The notes under the pieces: model-generated
Told to the model about the DNA's origin: nothing
Databases searched by the model: none
What the model saw: only the letters and a program-made list of their open reading frames with translations
Position numbers and translations under genes: made by a program
Source of the DNA: a bacterium
GTDB taxonomy: Bacteria; UBA8248
Direction: 5' to 3'
Assembly: GCA_965199855.1 (NCBI GenBank)
Contig: OZ241326.1
Coordinates: forward strand, 960,001 to 1,024,000
Length of the DNA: 64,000 nt
In this document: piece after piece, positions 19,629-28,810 of the stretch
Layout of the letters: each line of letters begins with the position of its first letter
Position numbering within the stretch: position 1 is the first letter of the stretch

Positions 19629-19657
19629 ATACTACGTCACTTCTTGTAAGAAATCAA
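19629..19657 (-). promoter_or_regulatory. Sigma70 promoter of the small peptide, containing the guide target site
   Basis: -35 TTGATT (19652-19657), 17-bp spacer, -10 TAGTAT (19629-19634), AT-rich UP-like tract beyond -35; protospacer seed 19636-19648 lies in the spacer. Confidence 0.7.
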
Positions 19658-19811
19658 TAAAATAATCTGGAAAATAGCATATTTTATTCCCATCCGCCGC
19701 AATCGCTTGGCTTGATGATATTTTCCTTGCGCGCTCCCGGTAGATGAGCCCCGCCAAGATACTCGCCTTTGTCCGTCCTCGGTTGTGTTAATCAATGCGC
19801 CTAGCAGACAG

Positions 19812-19860
19812 AAAAGGCTCCCTAGCGGATCACGTTGTTGTGACCTGCTTCCGGGAGCCT
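19812..19860 (-). terminator. Putative terminator of the array transcript, within the duplicated cas2 3' end/leader
   Basis: AGGCTCCC...GGGAGCCT stem with inner pairing, followed by UUUU on the minus strand. Confidence 0.45.
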
Positions 19861-19894
19861 AAACCTAACCGGTTCAAACCGTTCGAGAGAACAT

Positions 19895-21377
19895 ATTATA
19901 GCTGATCGATGCCTGCCCGCAATTCACAACTGACATACCCAGTGCTCCGCCGCGCGCTTCATTATAGCTGATCGATGCCTGCCCGCAATTCACAACTGAC
20001 GTTTTCGGCGACGTCGTACTCAATCGATTATAGCTGATCGATGCCTGCCCGCAATTCACAACCCAGTCGCTGGCCTTCGCGCTCGGCCACGATTATAGCT
20101 GATCGATGCCTGCCCGCAATTCACAACTCGCGCACGTAACGCTCCGCGTCGTCCTCGATTATAGCTGATCGATGCCTGCCCGCAATTCACAACTCAAGCA
20201 CGCGGGAGAGCCGGACTTCTCCATTATAGCTGATCGATGCCTGCCCGCAATTCACAACGACCTCGCGCTCAGGCTGCGCGCTGAGTTATTATAGCTGATC
20301 GATGCCTGCCCGCAATTCACAACCGTGGGGGGCGAAGGTTCTCACGCGAGGCGATTATAGCTGATCGATGCCTGCCCGCAATTCACAACCCGGCAAACCC
20401 CTTTGAACCGCCTTTTTTCATTATAGCTGATCGATGCCTGCCCGCAATTCACAACTTCGGCAATTTGTCGTTCCGGCAACCGTTGATTATAGCTGATCGA
20501 TGCCTGCCCGCAATTCACAACCGGTGAACATTTCCCATCTGCCTCTCGAAGATTATAGCTGATCGATGCCTGCCCGCAATTCACAACCGCATGCGCTGGG
20601 CGGCGCTCGCGCATCTCATTATAGCTGATCGATGCCTGCCCGCAATTCACAACTGCGCGGGGACATTTGCCGTGGCGTCCCTATTATAGCTGATCGATGC
20701 CTGCCCGCAATTCACAACTCAGGGGCGCATGGATCCACCTGGACGGGGATTATAGCTGATCGATGCCTGCCCGCAATTCACAACCGATCCTGACGCAGCC
20801 GGAGGTCGTCGCGCATTATAGCTGATCGATGCCTGCCCGCAATTCACAACCGCGAGGGGCGGACAGGCCCAGCCCATGCGATTATAGCTGATCGATGCCT
20901 GCCCGCAATTCACAACCCTCCGCGATCATGTCCTCCGTCATCCCCTATTATAGCTGATCGATGCCTGCCCGCAATTCACAACATCCCCGCTCCCGTCCTC
21001 TTTCGAGTTGGCATTATAGCTGATCGATGCCTGCCCGCAATTCACAACGGATATCATTCAATGGATTCTCCCTCAACCATTATAGCTGATCGATGCCTGC
21101 CCGCAATTCACAACATCGGCCGCCGCCCGGGCGCGGACGCCCACATTATAGCTGATCGATGCCTGCCCGCAATTCACAACTGTGCCGCCCGAGGACGAGC
21201 GGCATCGGCATTATAGCTGATCGATGCCTGCCCGCAATTCACAACTGAAGGCGATGACGCCGTTCGCCGTCGGCGATTATAGCTGATCGATGCCTGCCCG
21301 CAATTCACAACTCTCGCCGCGGGTCGATGGCAACGCATTCAATTATAGCTGATCGATGCCTGCCCGCAATTCACAAC
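19895..21377 (-). CRISPR. CRISPR array, 23 identical 36-bp repeats and 22 spacers (17 of 30 nt, 5 of 29 nt)
   Basis: Plus-strand repeat ATTATAGCTGATCGATGCCTGCCCGCAATTCACAAC. Its minus-strand form GTTGTG...CTATAAT has the II-C layout and pairs with the tracrRNA, so the array is transcribed toward cas2. Confidence 0.98.
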
Positions 21378-21714
21378 CGCAGATCAGGAACATCGTCGCG
21401 CTCGGAATCGGCGCCATATTCGCCTTGCGAGCGTTGATCGAGCGGACGGCGAGGAATTGATGGCGGGCTGACAGCTCGCCGAAATTCATAATTTTTTGCG
21501 GTATTTTTATTATTCCAACGGGGTTTGTCCCCCCCCCCGGTCGCCACGAAAAACGAGGTCGAATTTCCCCGGGTTCCAGCCCCCGGGACGGCGCGCGTCA
21601 AAGGCGCGACATCGGGGCGGAACGGCTCGACTGAAAGGGGGCATGAAAAGCAGATTGTATCTAAATTTATGCAAAAGCGCGATCCGCGAGAACGCGCCGG
21701 TCGGGGTCGCCGGC

Positions 21715-23682
21715 TTACCGCGCCGCCTGCGCCAGCGCGGTTGCCGCGTCCGCCTGCGCCCAGGCGGCGCTCATCGCTTCCCAGGTCTCGCCCATGGCGG
21801 CCTTCCCCTTTTCCACCGCCGCCTGCGCCGTCGTAGTTCCCGCGGCCCGCGTCTGCTCCCACGCCGCTTTCGCCGCGCCCAGGGTCGCCGCCGCCTGCGC
21901 CAGCGCGGCGTCCATTTTCGCCCACGCCGCCCGCGCCTTTCCCTTCCCTCTCGCCGCCGCCTTCGCCGCGTCCGCCGCCTTCAGGGCCTTTTCCATGGCC
22001 GCCTTCGCCGCCGCATACCACGTCGTCTGCGCCCTGTTCGTCTCGTTGCGCGCCGCCTTTATCGCCCGCCAGACCGCCAGGGTCGCCGCGTCCGCCCGGT
22101 CGAGCGACGCCTGAGCCTTCTCCTTCCCCCTCGCCGCCGCCCTCAGCGCGGCGTCCGCCTGCGCCAGCGCCGCCCGCGCCTTTCCCTCAGCCGCCTTCGC
22201 CCGCGACGCTCTCGTCCGGGCCGCGGCTCTCTCTCGCGCGGCCTTCGTCAAAGCCGTCCGCGCCTGCGCGGCCTGGGCCTTCTCCCTCGCCGCGTCCGCC
22301 CGGGCGCGCGCCGCCGACTCATGTCTTGACGCCCGGAGGCTCTCCGCATACGCCCGAGCCGCCTGCGCCTTCGCCGCGTCAAAGGCCGCCGCGGCCTGCT
22401 CCCGCGCCGCCTGCGCCCGAGCCATCCTCACCGCCGCCGCCCGATCCCGCGCCGCCGACGCGTGGGCCCTCTCCAGCGCCGCGTGCGCTTTTTTCAGCGC
22501 CGCATCCGCCCGCGCCCACGCCGCCTTCGCTTTTCTCCGGGCCGTCTGAGCCGCCCGCGACGCCTTCACCCGCGCCGCCGCCGCTTTCCACGCCGTCTGC
22601 GCCGCGCGCTCCCGCGCCGTCGCTCTGTTCCTCACCGCCTTCGCATTGGCCGCTCTCGTCTGGGCCGCGGCTCTCTCCCGCGCCGCCTTCTCGTGCGCCA
22701 TCCTCGCCTTCGCCGCCCGCGCATGCGCCGCTCGCGCCTTCGCCGCGGCTCTTTCCCGCGCCGCCTGGGCCTGAGCCATCCGCGCCTTCGCCGCCCGCCC
22801 CGCCGCGTCCGCCTGGGCGCGCGCCGCCTGCGCCCTCGCCGCCTGCGTCCGCGCGGTCTCCCACGCGGCCCGGGCCCTCGCCGCCTGCGCCCGCGCGGCG
22901 CTCCACGCCGTCTGCGCCGCGCGCTCCCGCGCGTCCGCCGCCTGCCACGCCTCATCCGCCGTCCGCAGCCCCGCCTTCACCTGAGCGTTCTGCGCCGCCG
23001 CCATCTTTTCCAGCTTCGCCGCGGTGGCCGCCTGCGCGGCCTTCATCTTCTCCCACGCGGCCTGCGCCGCCGCCTCGTCCCCGTTCCACAGCGCCGCGGC
23101 CCTCTCTCTCGCCGCCGCCCGCACCCGGGCCATGCCCTCCGCGTATATCCCCAGCTCCGGGAGAGCGTCTTCCAGCCCGGCGGGCCCGGGCCTGGTCCCC
23201 CGAAGCAGCCGCGCTTCCCATTCCTCGCGCGCCGCGTGCGCCTTCTCCCACGCCGCGGACGCCCTTTCCCACGCCGCCTTCGCCTTCTCCCACGCGGCCT
23301 GGGCCGCCGCCTCGAGCGCCGCCGCCTCGCGCGCCGCGGCGTCCGCCTTCTCCTGGGCGGCCTGCGCCGCCTTTTCTCTCGCCGCGGCTTTTTTCCACGC
23401 CGCCTGCGCCCGCGCCGCCGGGGTCGCCGCCGCCCTTTCCCACGCCGCGGCGTCCGCCTTCTCCCGCGCCACCGCCGCCAGCGCCGCCTTTTCTCTCGCC
23501 GCCGCCCTTTCCCACGCGGCCTGCGCCGCGCGCGCCCGCGCCGCCGCCCTTTCCCGCGCCGCGAGGGTGGCCCGCGCCCGCGCCGCCAGGGATTTCTCTC
23601 GCGCCGCGCTCGCCCCGAATGACGGGACGGGCGCGGCAAGCGCGATTGCCGCCGCCAGCGCGCAGATCAAAAGCCTCCGCAT
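21715..23682 (-). CDS. Secreted Ala-rich repetitive coiled-coil protein
   Basis: Signal peptide MRRLLICALAAAIALAAP; recurring AQAAWE(R/K)AAARE(K/R) units across 655 aa. Confidence 0.6.
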   Translation of the reverse strand: MRRLLICALAAAIALAAPVPSFGASAAREKSLAARARATLAARERAAARARAAQAAWERAAAREKAALAAVAREKADAAAWERAAATPAARAQAAWKKAAAREKAAQAAQEKADAAAREAAALEAAAQAAWEKAKAAWERASAAWEKAHAAREEWEARLLRGTRPGPAGLEDALPELGIYAEGMARVRAAARERAAALWNGDEAAAQAAWEKMKAAQAATAAKLEKMAAAQNAQVKAGLRTADEAWQAADARERAAQTAWSAARAQAARARAAWETARTQAARAQAARAQADAAGRAAKARMAQAQAARERAAAKARAAHARAAKARMAHEKAARERAAAQTRAANAKAVRNRATARERAAQTAWKAAAARVKASRAAQTARRKAKAAWARADAALKKAHAALERAHASAARDRAAAVRMARAQAAREQAAAAFDAAKAQAARAYAESLRASRHESAARARADAAREKAQAAQARTALTKAARERAAARTRASRAKAAEGKARAALAQADAALRAAARGKEKAQASLDRADAATLAVWRAIKAARNETNRAQTTWYAAAKAAMEKALKAADAAKAAARGKGKARAAWAKMDAALAQAAATLGAAKAAWEQTRAAGTTTAQAAVEKGKAAMGETWEAMSAAWAQADAATALAQAAR

Positions 23683-23963
23683 CGTTTAGAGCCCCCCGTT
23701 GTCCGCCGCCTTCTCTCTCGCCGCCGTCCTGATCGTATGGCGGATCGCCCGCGCCGCATTCATTCCCGCGACCGATCGTCGCCGGACAAAGGCCTGAGCC
23801 TTGCGAACGCGGCGCGCATAGCGATCCTCCATCCGCACCGATGCCGTGATTTCCTTTATATTATATCTGATTGGCGTCTGACCGCAATTCGCGGCGAGCC
23901 GGTATGTAATATACTATATTTCGCAGGCGGAAAGGGCGGTTTTAACGGGATTCGGAGGGGAGC

Positions 23964-24659
23964 ATGGCGCGGCGGGTGATTCTGCTATCGACCCTGGGGC
24001 TGCTGATCGCGCTGGCTGGCGCGCCGGGCTACCGCTGGCTCCGCGCGCGTCTCGCCCGGGATCTCCCGATATACTCGCGGCTGCCCGATTTTGAACTCCG
24101 AGACGCGGCGGGCCGCGCCTTCGCGCGCGAGCGCCTGCGCGGGAAAGTCTGGGTGGCGGACTTCATCTACACGCGCTGCGAGGACGCCTGCCCCCTGCAG
24201 ACGGCCGAGATGCGAAGGCTCCAGCAGGCGTTCTCGGGCGAGGGGGATTTCCGGCAGATTTCCATCACCGTCGACCCCGCCCACGACACGGGGGCGCGTC
24301 TGGCGGCCTACGCGCGCAAATACGGCGCCGAGAGGTCGCGCTGGTTCTTTCTCACCGGCGAGGAGGGGGCGATTCGGGAGCTGGCGCTCAAGGGCTTCCG
24401 CCTGAGCTACGCGACGAAAAAAGCCGCGCTTCCCGATAAATCCCCCGGCGGATGGATTCTCCGGCTCGCGCTTCCCCGCGCCCGCGCCCACCACCCCGGA
24501 CACGGGGAGGGGAAGGACGCGCCCGGCGTCCTGATTTCCCACAGCTCGCGCTTCGTCCTCATCGACAGGCGCTTCAACGTCCGGGGCTATTACCACAGCG
24601 ACGACCCCGCTTCCCTGGAGAAACTGAGGAGGGAGCTGCGGATGGTTCTCGGGGAGTGA
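23964..24659 (+). CDS. SCO1/SenC copper chaperone
   Basis: N-terminal anchor, FIYTRCEDACP, ITVDPAHD, HSSRFVLID. Confidence 0.9.
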   Translation: MARRVILLSTLGLLIALAGAPGYRWLRARLARDLPIYSRLPDFELRDAAGRAFARERLRGKVWVADFIYTRCEDACPLQTAEMRRLQQAFSGEGDFRQISITVDPAHDTGARLAAYARKYGAERSRWFFLTGEEGAIRELALKGFRLSYATKKAALPDKSPGGWILRLALPRARAHHPGHGEGKDAPGVLISHSSRFVLIDRRFNVRGYYHSDDPASLEKLRRELRMVLGE

Positions 24660-25533
24660 GCCTCCCGCCCTTCCGCGCGGCTTTCGCCGCCTCGATCATC
24701 TCCGCGTAGCCCTCCCGGTAGGATGGATAGAGAAATCGGTAGCCGGAGGCTTTGAGCCTGGCGTTCGAGCATCGCCTGTTCGCCGCCGCGCGCCCGGAGA
24801 CGGCCATATCGGCGCAGGTCTCGCGCGGAGGCGGCGCGCCCAGCCGCGCCGCCAGCCAGTTCAGCACCTCGCGGCGATCGGCGGGCTCGTCATCCACGCC
24901 GATATAGACCTCCTCCGGCGCTTCCATCATCATCAGATGCGCGAGGGCGCCCGCGCAGTCGTCGCGGTGGATTCGGTTGGCGAAGCGGGGCGGGCCTTCG
25001 GGGCAGGCCGCCCGGCCCGCGCGGACGGCTTCGAGCAGGCGCGCGCGGCCGGGGCCGTAAATGCCCGCAAGCCGCAGGATTGTGGCGGGATGTCCGCTCT
25101 CCAAAAAGGCGCGCTCCCCCTCCAGCAGAACGCGCCCCGCCCGGCGCGCGGGCTTCGCGGGCGAGCGCTCGTCCACCCGGCCGCCGTCCGTCTGCTCATA
25201 GACGGCCGTGCTCGACGTGAAGAAAACGCGCCGGGGTCTTTCTCCCTTCGCGTCGAGCGCTCTGAGGAGATTCCGGGGGCCTTCCGCGTACGCCGCCCGG
25301 TAGGCGGCCTCGCCGCCTCCGCCGGAGGAAGCCGTATAGAAGATGAAGTCGAGACCTTCGGGGAGGGCGTCGCCCAGCGCTTCCTCCCGGACGTCGGCCC
25401 GTATCGGCACGATCGGCCCGGGCGGAGGCGCGGGGCTTCTGCGCATCCCCCAGACGAAGTGTCCCGCGCGGCCGAGCCTGGCGCCGAGCGCCGTCCCGAC
25501 GTAGCCGCATCCCGTAATGAGGACTCTCGCCAT
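24574..25533 (-). CDS. NAD-dependent epimerase/dehydratase (extended SDR)
   Basis: LITGCGYVG, FTSSTAVY, LRLAGIYGP, NRIHRDD; 3' end overlaps the SCO gene. Confidence 0.88.
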   Translation of the reverse strand: MARVLITGCGYVGTALGARLGRAGHFVWGMRRSPAPPPGPIVPIRADVREEALGDALPEGLDFIFYTASSGGGGEAAYRAAYAEGPRNLLRALDAKGERPRRVFFTSSTAVYEQTDGGRVDERSPAKPARRAGRVLLEGERAFLESGHPATILRLAGIYGPGRARLLEAVRAGRAACPEGPPRFANRIHRDDCAGALAHLMMMEAPEEVYIGVDDEPADRREVLNWLAARLGAPPPRETCADMAVSGRAAANRRCSNARLKASGYRFLYPSYREGYAEMIEAAKAARKGGRLTPREPSAAPSSVSPGKRGRRCGNSPGR

Positions 25534-25556
25534 GAAGCGCCTGTTTTCGGGGCGCC

Positions 25557-26378
25557 CTAGGGCGCTCCCGGCGCGGGGACCTGGCCGTGAAAGAGGCTTT
25601 TCAGGTGATGCGGCCGCATTCGCAGGCCGGCGTAGAAGGGTCCGAACTCTCCATACCAGACGCTGGCCTCGTCGAAGCGCATCTCATAGACGAGGCGCTT
25701 GAACACGAGCGGGTATTCCGAGAACAGATACACCCCCCACTCCCAGTCGTCGAAGCCGATGCTGCCGGTGATGATCTGCTGGACGCGGCCGGCGTATTTC
25801 CTGCCGACGAAGCCGTGCTCGCGCATCATCTTCCGGCGCGTCTCTATCGGCAGGCCATACCAGTTCTTCTCCTCGCCCCTGCGCTTGTTCATCGGGTAGA
25901 AGCACAGATATCTCGCCTCGGGGACGCCCATGTAGAGGCGATCCTTCATGCGCTCGCGCTGACCGGCCATCTCCTCGGCCCATTTCGCCTTCCACTCCTC
26001 GCTTCCCGGCTCCATCCCCTCCTCCTTGAAGCGGGCGTGGAGCTTCACCGTCATTTCATACAGGCCAAGCTCCAGAAACGAAAGATAAGAGGTCGTCTCC
26101 TCCATGTATTCCGCCAGCGCGAGCCGCCGGACGCCCAGCTCGGCCTCGTGGAGGGCGTCCAGCGTGGGCCGGAAGTGGAGAAAGAGGAGATCGCCCTTGT
26201 GCCCCAGCAAACTGAAAAGGGCGCTCTCGCCGGATGCGGGCCGGGCGATGGCCGCGAGGTGTCCGGCCGCCTCGTCCAGGACGCGGCGGCGGCGCGCGCC
26301 GTCGAGCCGTCCCCAGGCGGGCCAGTTCACCCGGAAGACATGGTGCAGAATCGCCCAGCCGTCGAGCGTCTCGGGCAT
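25557..26378 (-). CDS. chdC: Coproheme decarboxylase (HemQ; chlorite-dismutase family)
   Basis: ETLDGW, GHKGDL, CFYPMNKRRG, MREHG, GSIGFDDWEWGV, EMRFDE; start may be slightly upstream. Confidence 0.85.
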   Translation of the reverse strand: MPETLDGWAILHHVFRVNWPAWGRLDGARRRRVLDEAAGHLAAIARPASGESALFSLLGHKGDLLFLHFRPTLDALHEAELGVRRLALAEYMEETTSYLSFLELGLYEMTVKLHARFKEEGMEPGSEEWKAKWAEEMAGQRERMKDRLYMGVPEARYLCFYPMNKRRGEEKNWYGLPIETRRKMMREHGFVGRKYAGRVQQIITGSIGFDDWEWGVYLFSEYPLVFKRLVYEMRFDEASVWYGEFGPFYAGLRMRPHHLKSLFHGQVPAPGAP

Positions 26379-26799
26379 TTTGGCGTCTTCGAGGTTCGGA
26401 TTCACTGGCGGCTCCCGCGGAATCGGCGGCGCGGGCGGCGCAACTCGCGCCACCAAGGGCATTCATCGCCCCCCCTTGATAGCATCCCGCGCCCCGACGG
26501 CGCAACGAATCGCGAAGGGCGTCCGTCGGGCGGACGGACGGGCCGCCGCCGAAGGGCGGGACGGCTTGACTTCGATCGGAAGGTGCATTAGTTGAATGGA
26601 GCCGGGGCTTTGTCTCCGGCGGGCGGCGAGGTGCTGATCCGCAACCATGGATGCGCCTTCTGTCCCGCCTGCGCTGAACGCCGCGGAAGTCGCCCGGCCT
26701 GCGGGGGCGAACCCGCGCCCGGGACGCGGCGTCGGGCGCGGCGCGAGTGATGGAGAACAGAAGACCGCTGACCCGAAACATTCTTCGAGAGGAGCAGGC

Positions 26800-27540
26800 A
26801 TGATTTCCAAACGCTTTTCGCTGTGCTTGACGTTCGCGGCGGCGCTCGGCGTCGCCTTCGCCGGCGCCGCGCACGCCTACAAGGCCGGCAAGGTGAGCGG
26901 CGGCGGCTCCATCGCCGGCGCGATCAAATTCGAGGGCGAAGCGCCGAAGCCCAAAACGCTTTCCGTGAACAAGGACAAGAAGGTTTGCGGCAAGAAGCCG
27001 ATTACCGACGACAGCCTGCTCGTCAAGGACGGCGGCGTGGTCTGGGCCGTCGTGTCCCTCAAGGGCGTGAAGTCCGGCAAGAAGTGGCCGAAGAGCCAGG
27101 CGAAGGCGGTCCTCGATCAGAAGGGATGCGTGTATGTGCCCCGCGTCGTCGTGATGAAGGCAGGAACGAAGCTGCTGGTGAAGAACAGCGACAAGATACT
27201 CCACAACGTCCACACCCACCCGGGCAAGACCGGAAACTCGGTCGCCAACATCGCGCAGCCCAAGTTCAAGAAGAAGCTCAGAATGTCAACCCGCTACTTC
27301 AAGAAGCCCGGCATCGTCAAGGTGACCTGCGACGTGCACGACTGGATGCGGGGCTACGTCGTCGCGGCGGAGAACCCCTACGCCGTCGTCACGGGCGCCG
27401 GGGGCAAATTCGAGATCAAGGACGTTCCGGCGGGCGACTACGAGCTCGAGGTCTGGCACGAGGTTCTGGGCAAGAAGTCCATGAAGGTGTCGGTGAAGAG
27501 CGGCGCCGCCACGGCGGTGGACGTGACGCTGAAGAAATAG
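26800..27540 (+). CDS. Secreted cupredoxin-like / carboxypeptidase-regulatory-like domain protein
   Basis: Signal peptide, LDQKGCVYVP, HNVH, CDVHDWM putative Cu ligands. Confidence 0.8.
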   Translation: MISKRFSLCLTFAAALGVAFAGAAHAYKAGKVSGGGSIAGAIKFEGEAPKPKTLSVNKDKKVCGKKPITDDSLLVKDGGVVWAVVSLKGVKSGKKWPKSQAKAVLDQKGCVYVPRVVVMKAGTKLLVKNSDKILHNVHTHPGKTGNSVANIAQPKFKKKLRMSTRYFKKPGIVKVTCDVHDWMRGYVVAAENPYAVVTGAGGKFEIKDVPAGDYELEVWHEVLGKKSMKVSVKSGAATAVDVTLKK

Positions 27541-27554
27541 ACCGGGCTCGAGCG

Positions 27555-27588
27555 AAAAAGGCGGCGGGCGCGTCTCGCCGCCTTTTTT
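27555..27588. terminator. Bidirectional intrinsic terminator
   Basis: AAAAAGGCGGCG-loop-CGCCGCCTTTTTT between convergent genes. Confidence 0.8.
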
Positions 27589-27589
27589 G

Positions 27590-28789
27590 CTACGGGGTTT
27601 TCCCGCGCTTTCCCGCCCCGGCCGCGATGGCGGCCGCGGCGTCCGCGATGCGGTCGATCTCGCGCTCCGTGTTCAGGTAATGGATGGAGGCTCTGAGGGC
27701 GGGCGGCTCCGTCACCACCGCCCGGAGAATGACGCCGTGCTTCCCGTGGAGCGCGTCCACGGCGCTTTGGGCTTCGACCCCCCGAATCCGGAAGGAGACC
27801 AGGCCGGAGCGCGCCTCTCCCGGCGGGGTGATGACCTCGACGCCCTCCATCGCGCGCATTCGCGCCAGCAGGCGGTTCGCCAGCGCGAGAACCCTCTCCT
27901 CAACGGCCGCGGGGCCCGCTTTCAGAAAGCGCTCGATAGCGGCGCGAAGCCCCACAAAGGCGGGCGTGTGGAGGGTGCCGACCTCGTAGCGCATGGCGCT
28001 CGGCTCCGGCGTGAAGGAGAGGGTCTTCAGCCTCTTCTTTTTCGCCGAGCGGTAGCTGGCGGCGGAGAGGCGAATCTTCCGGCCCGCGCCGCGCCTGACG
28101 AATACGGCGCCCGTTCCGTCCGGCCCCATCAGCCATTTCTGTCCCGAGATGGTATAGACGTCCACGCCCGATCCCTTGACCTTGACCGGCATCTGCCCGA
28201 CGGACTGGGCGCCGTCCACGACGAGGAGCGCACCCGCGCGGCGGCAGATTCGCCCGATTCCCGCCAGGGGAAGCCTGCGGCCCGTCAGCCAGGCGACGTG
28301 GCTCACGCAGACCGCTCGGGTCTTCGGTGTGATGGCGCCTTCCAGATTCCGCAGAAGCTCCGCGTCGCTTCGGCCGGTTCCGAACAGCCCGACCTTGATG
28401 GGGCGCCTCGCGCGCCACGCGAGCCACGGCAGGTAGCCGCCCGGATGCTCCAGGTCGGAGACGAGCGCCTCGTCTCCCGGCGCCCAGTCCAGCCCGGCCG
28501 CCGCGATGCTGACGCCGACCGTCGTGTTGTTCGTCAGAGCGATTTCCGAGGCGTCCGCGCCGATGAGCTCCGCGCAGCTCTCGCGGACGCGCTGGAGGGC
28601 CGCGGTCGTCTCGCTCCTGATTGTCGGATGGAACGAGCCCAGCTCCATGTCCCGCTTCGCGAACTCCTCCATCTCCCGGAGGGTCGATTTCGCGGACGGC
28701 CCCCCGCCGCCCCAGTTGACGTAGATCTGGCCTTTCAGCGCGGGAACGTCCGCGCGCAGCCGCCGGATTCTGCGGGCGTCGAGAGCCAT
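27590..28789 (-). CDS. Class V PLP aminotransferase (cysteine desulfurase/selenocysteine lyase-like)
   Basis: LEHP, VSHV, VDGAQSVG, SGQKWLMGP, RASIHYLN. Confidence 0.85.
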   Translation of the reverse strand: MALDARRIRRLRADVPALKGQIYVNWGGGGPSAKSTLREMEEFAKRDMELGSFHPTIRSETTAALQRVRESCAELIGADASEIALTNNTTVGVSIAAAGLDWAPGDEALVSDLEHPGGYLPWLAWRARRPIKVGLFGTGRSDAELLRNLEGAITPKTRAVCVSHVAWLTGRRLPLAGIGRICRRAGALLVVDGAQSVGQMPVKVKGSGVDVYTISGQKWLMGPDGTGAVFVRRGAGRKIRLSAASYRSAKKKRLKTLSFTPEPSAMRYEVGTLHTPAFVGLRAAIERFLKAGPAAVEERVLALANRLLARMRAMEGVEVITPPGEARSGLVSFRIRGVEAQSAVDALHGKHGVILRAVVTEPPALRASIHYLNTEREIDRIADAAAAIAAGAGKRGKTP

Positions 28790-28810
28790 CCGGTTCCTCT
28801 TGAAAAGCCG

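Noticed and set aside
19874-20913. Short minus-strand ORFs repeating VVNCGQASISYN
   Set aside because: They are translations of CRISPR repeats, not genes.
19931-21341. Self-targeting by array spacers within the window
   Set aside because: No match found by eye; an exact search was not possible.
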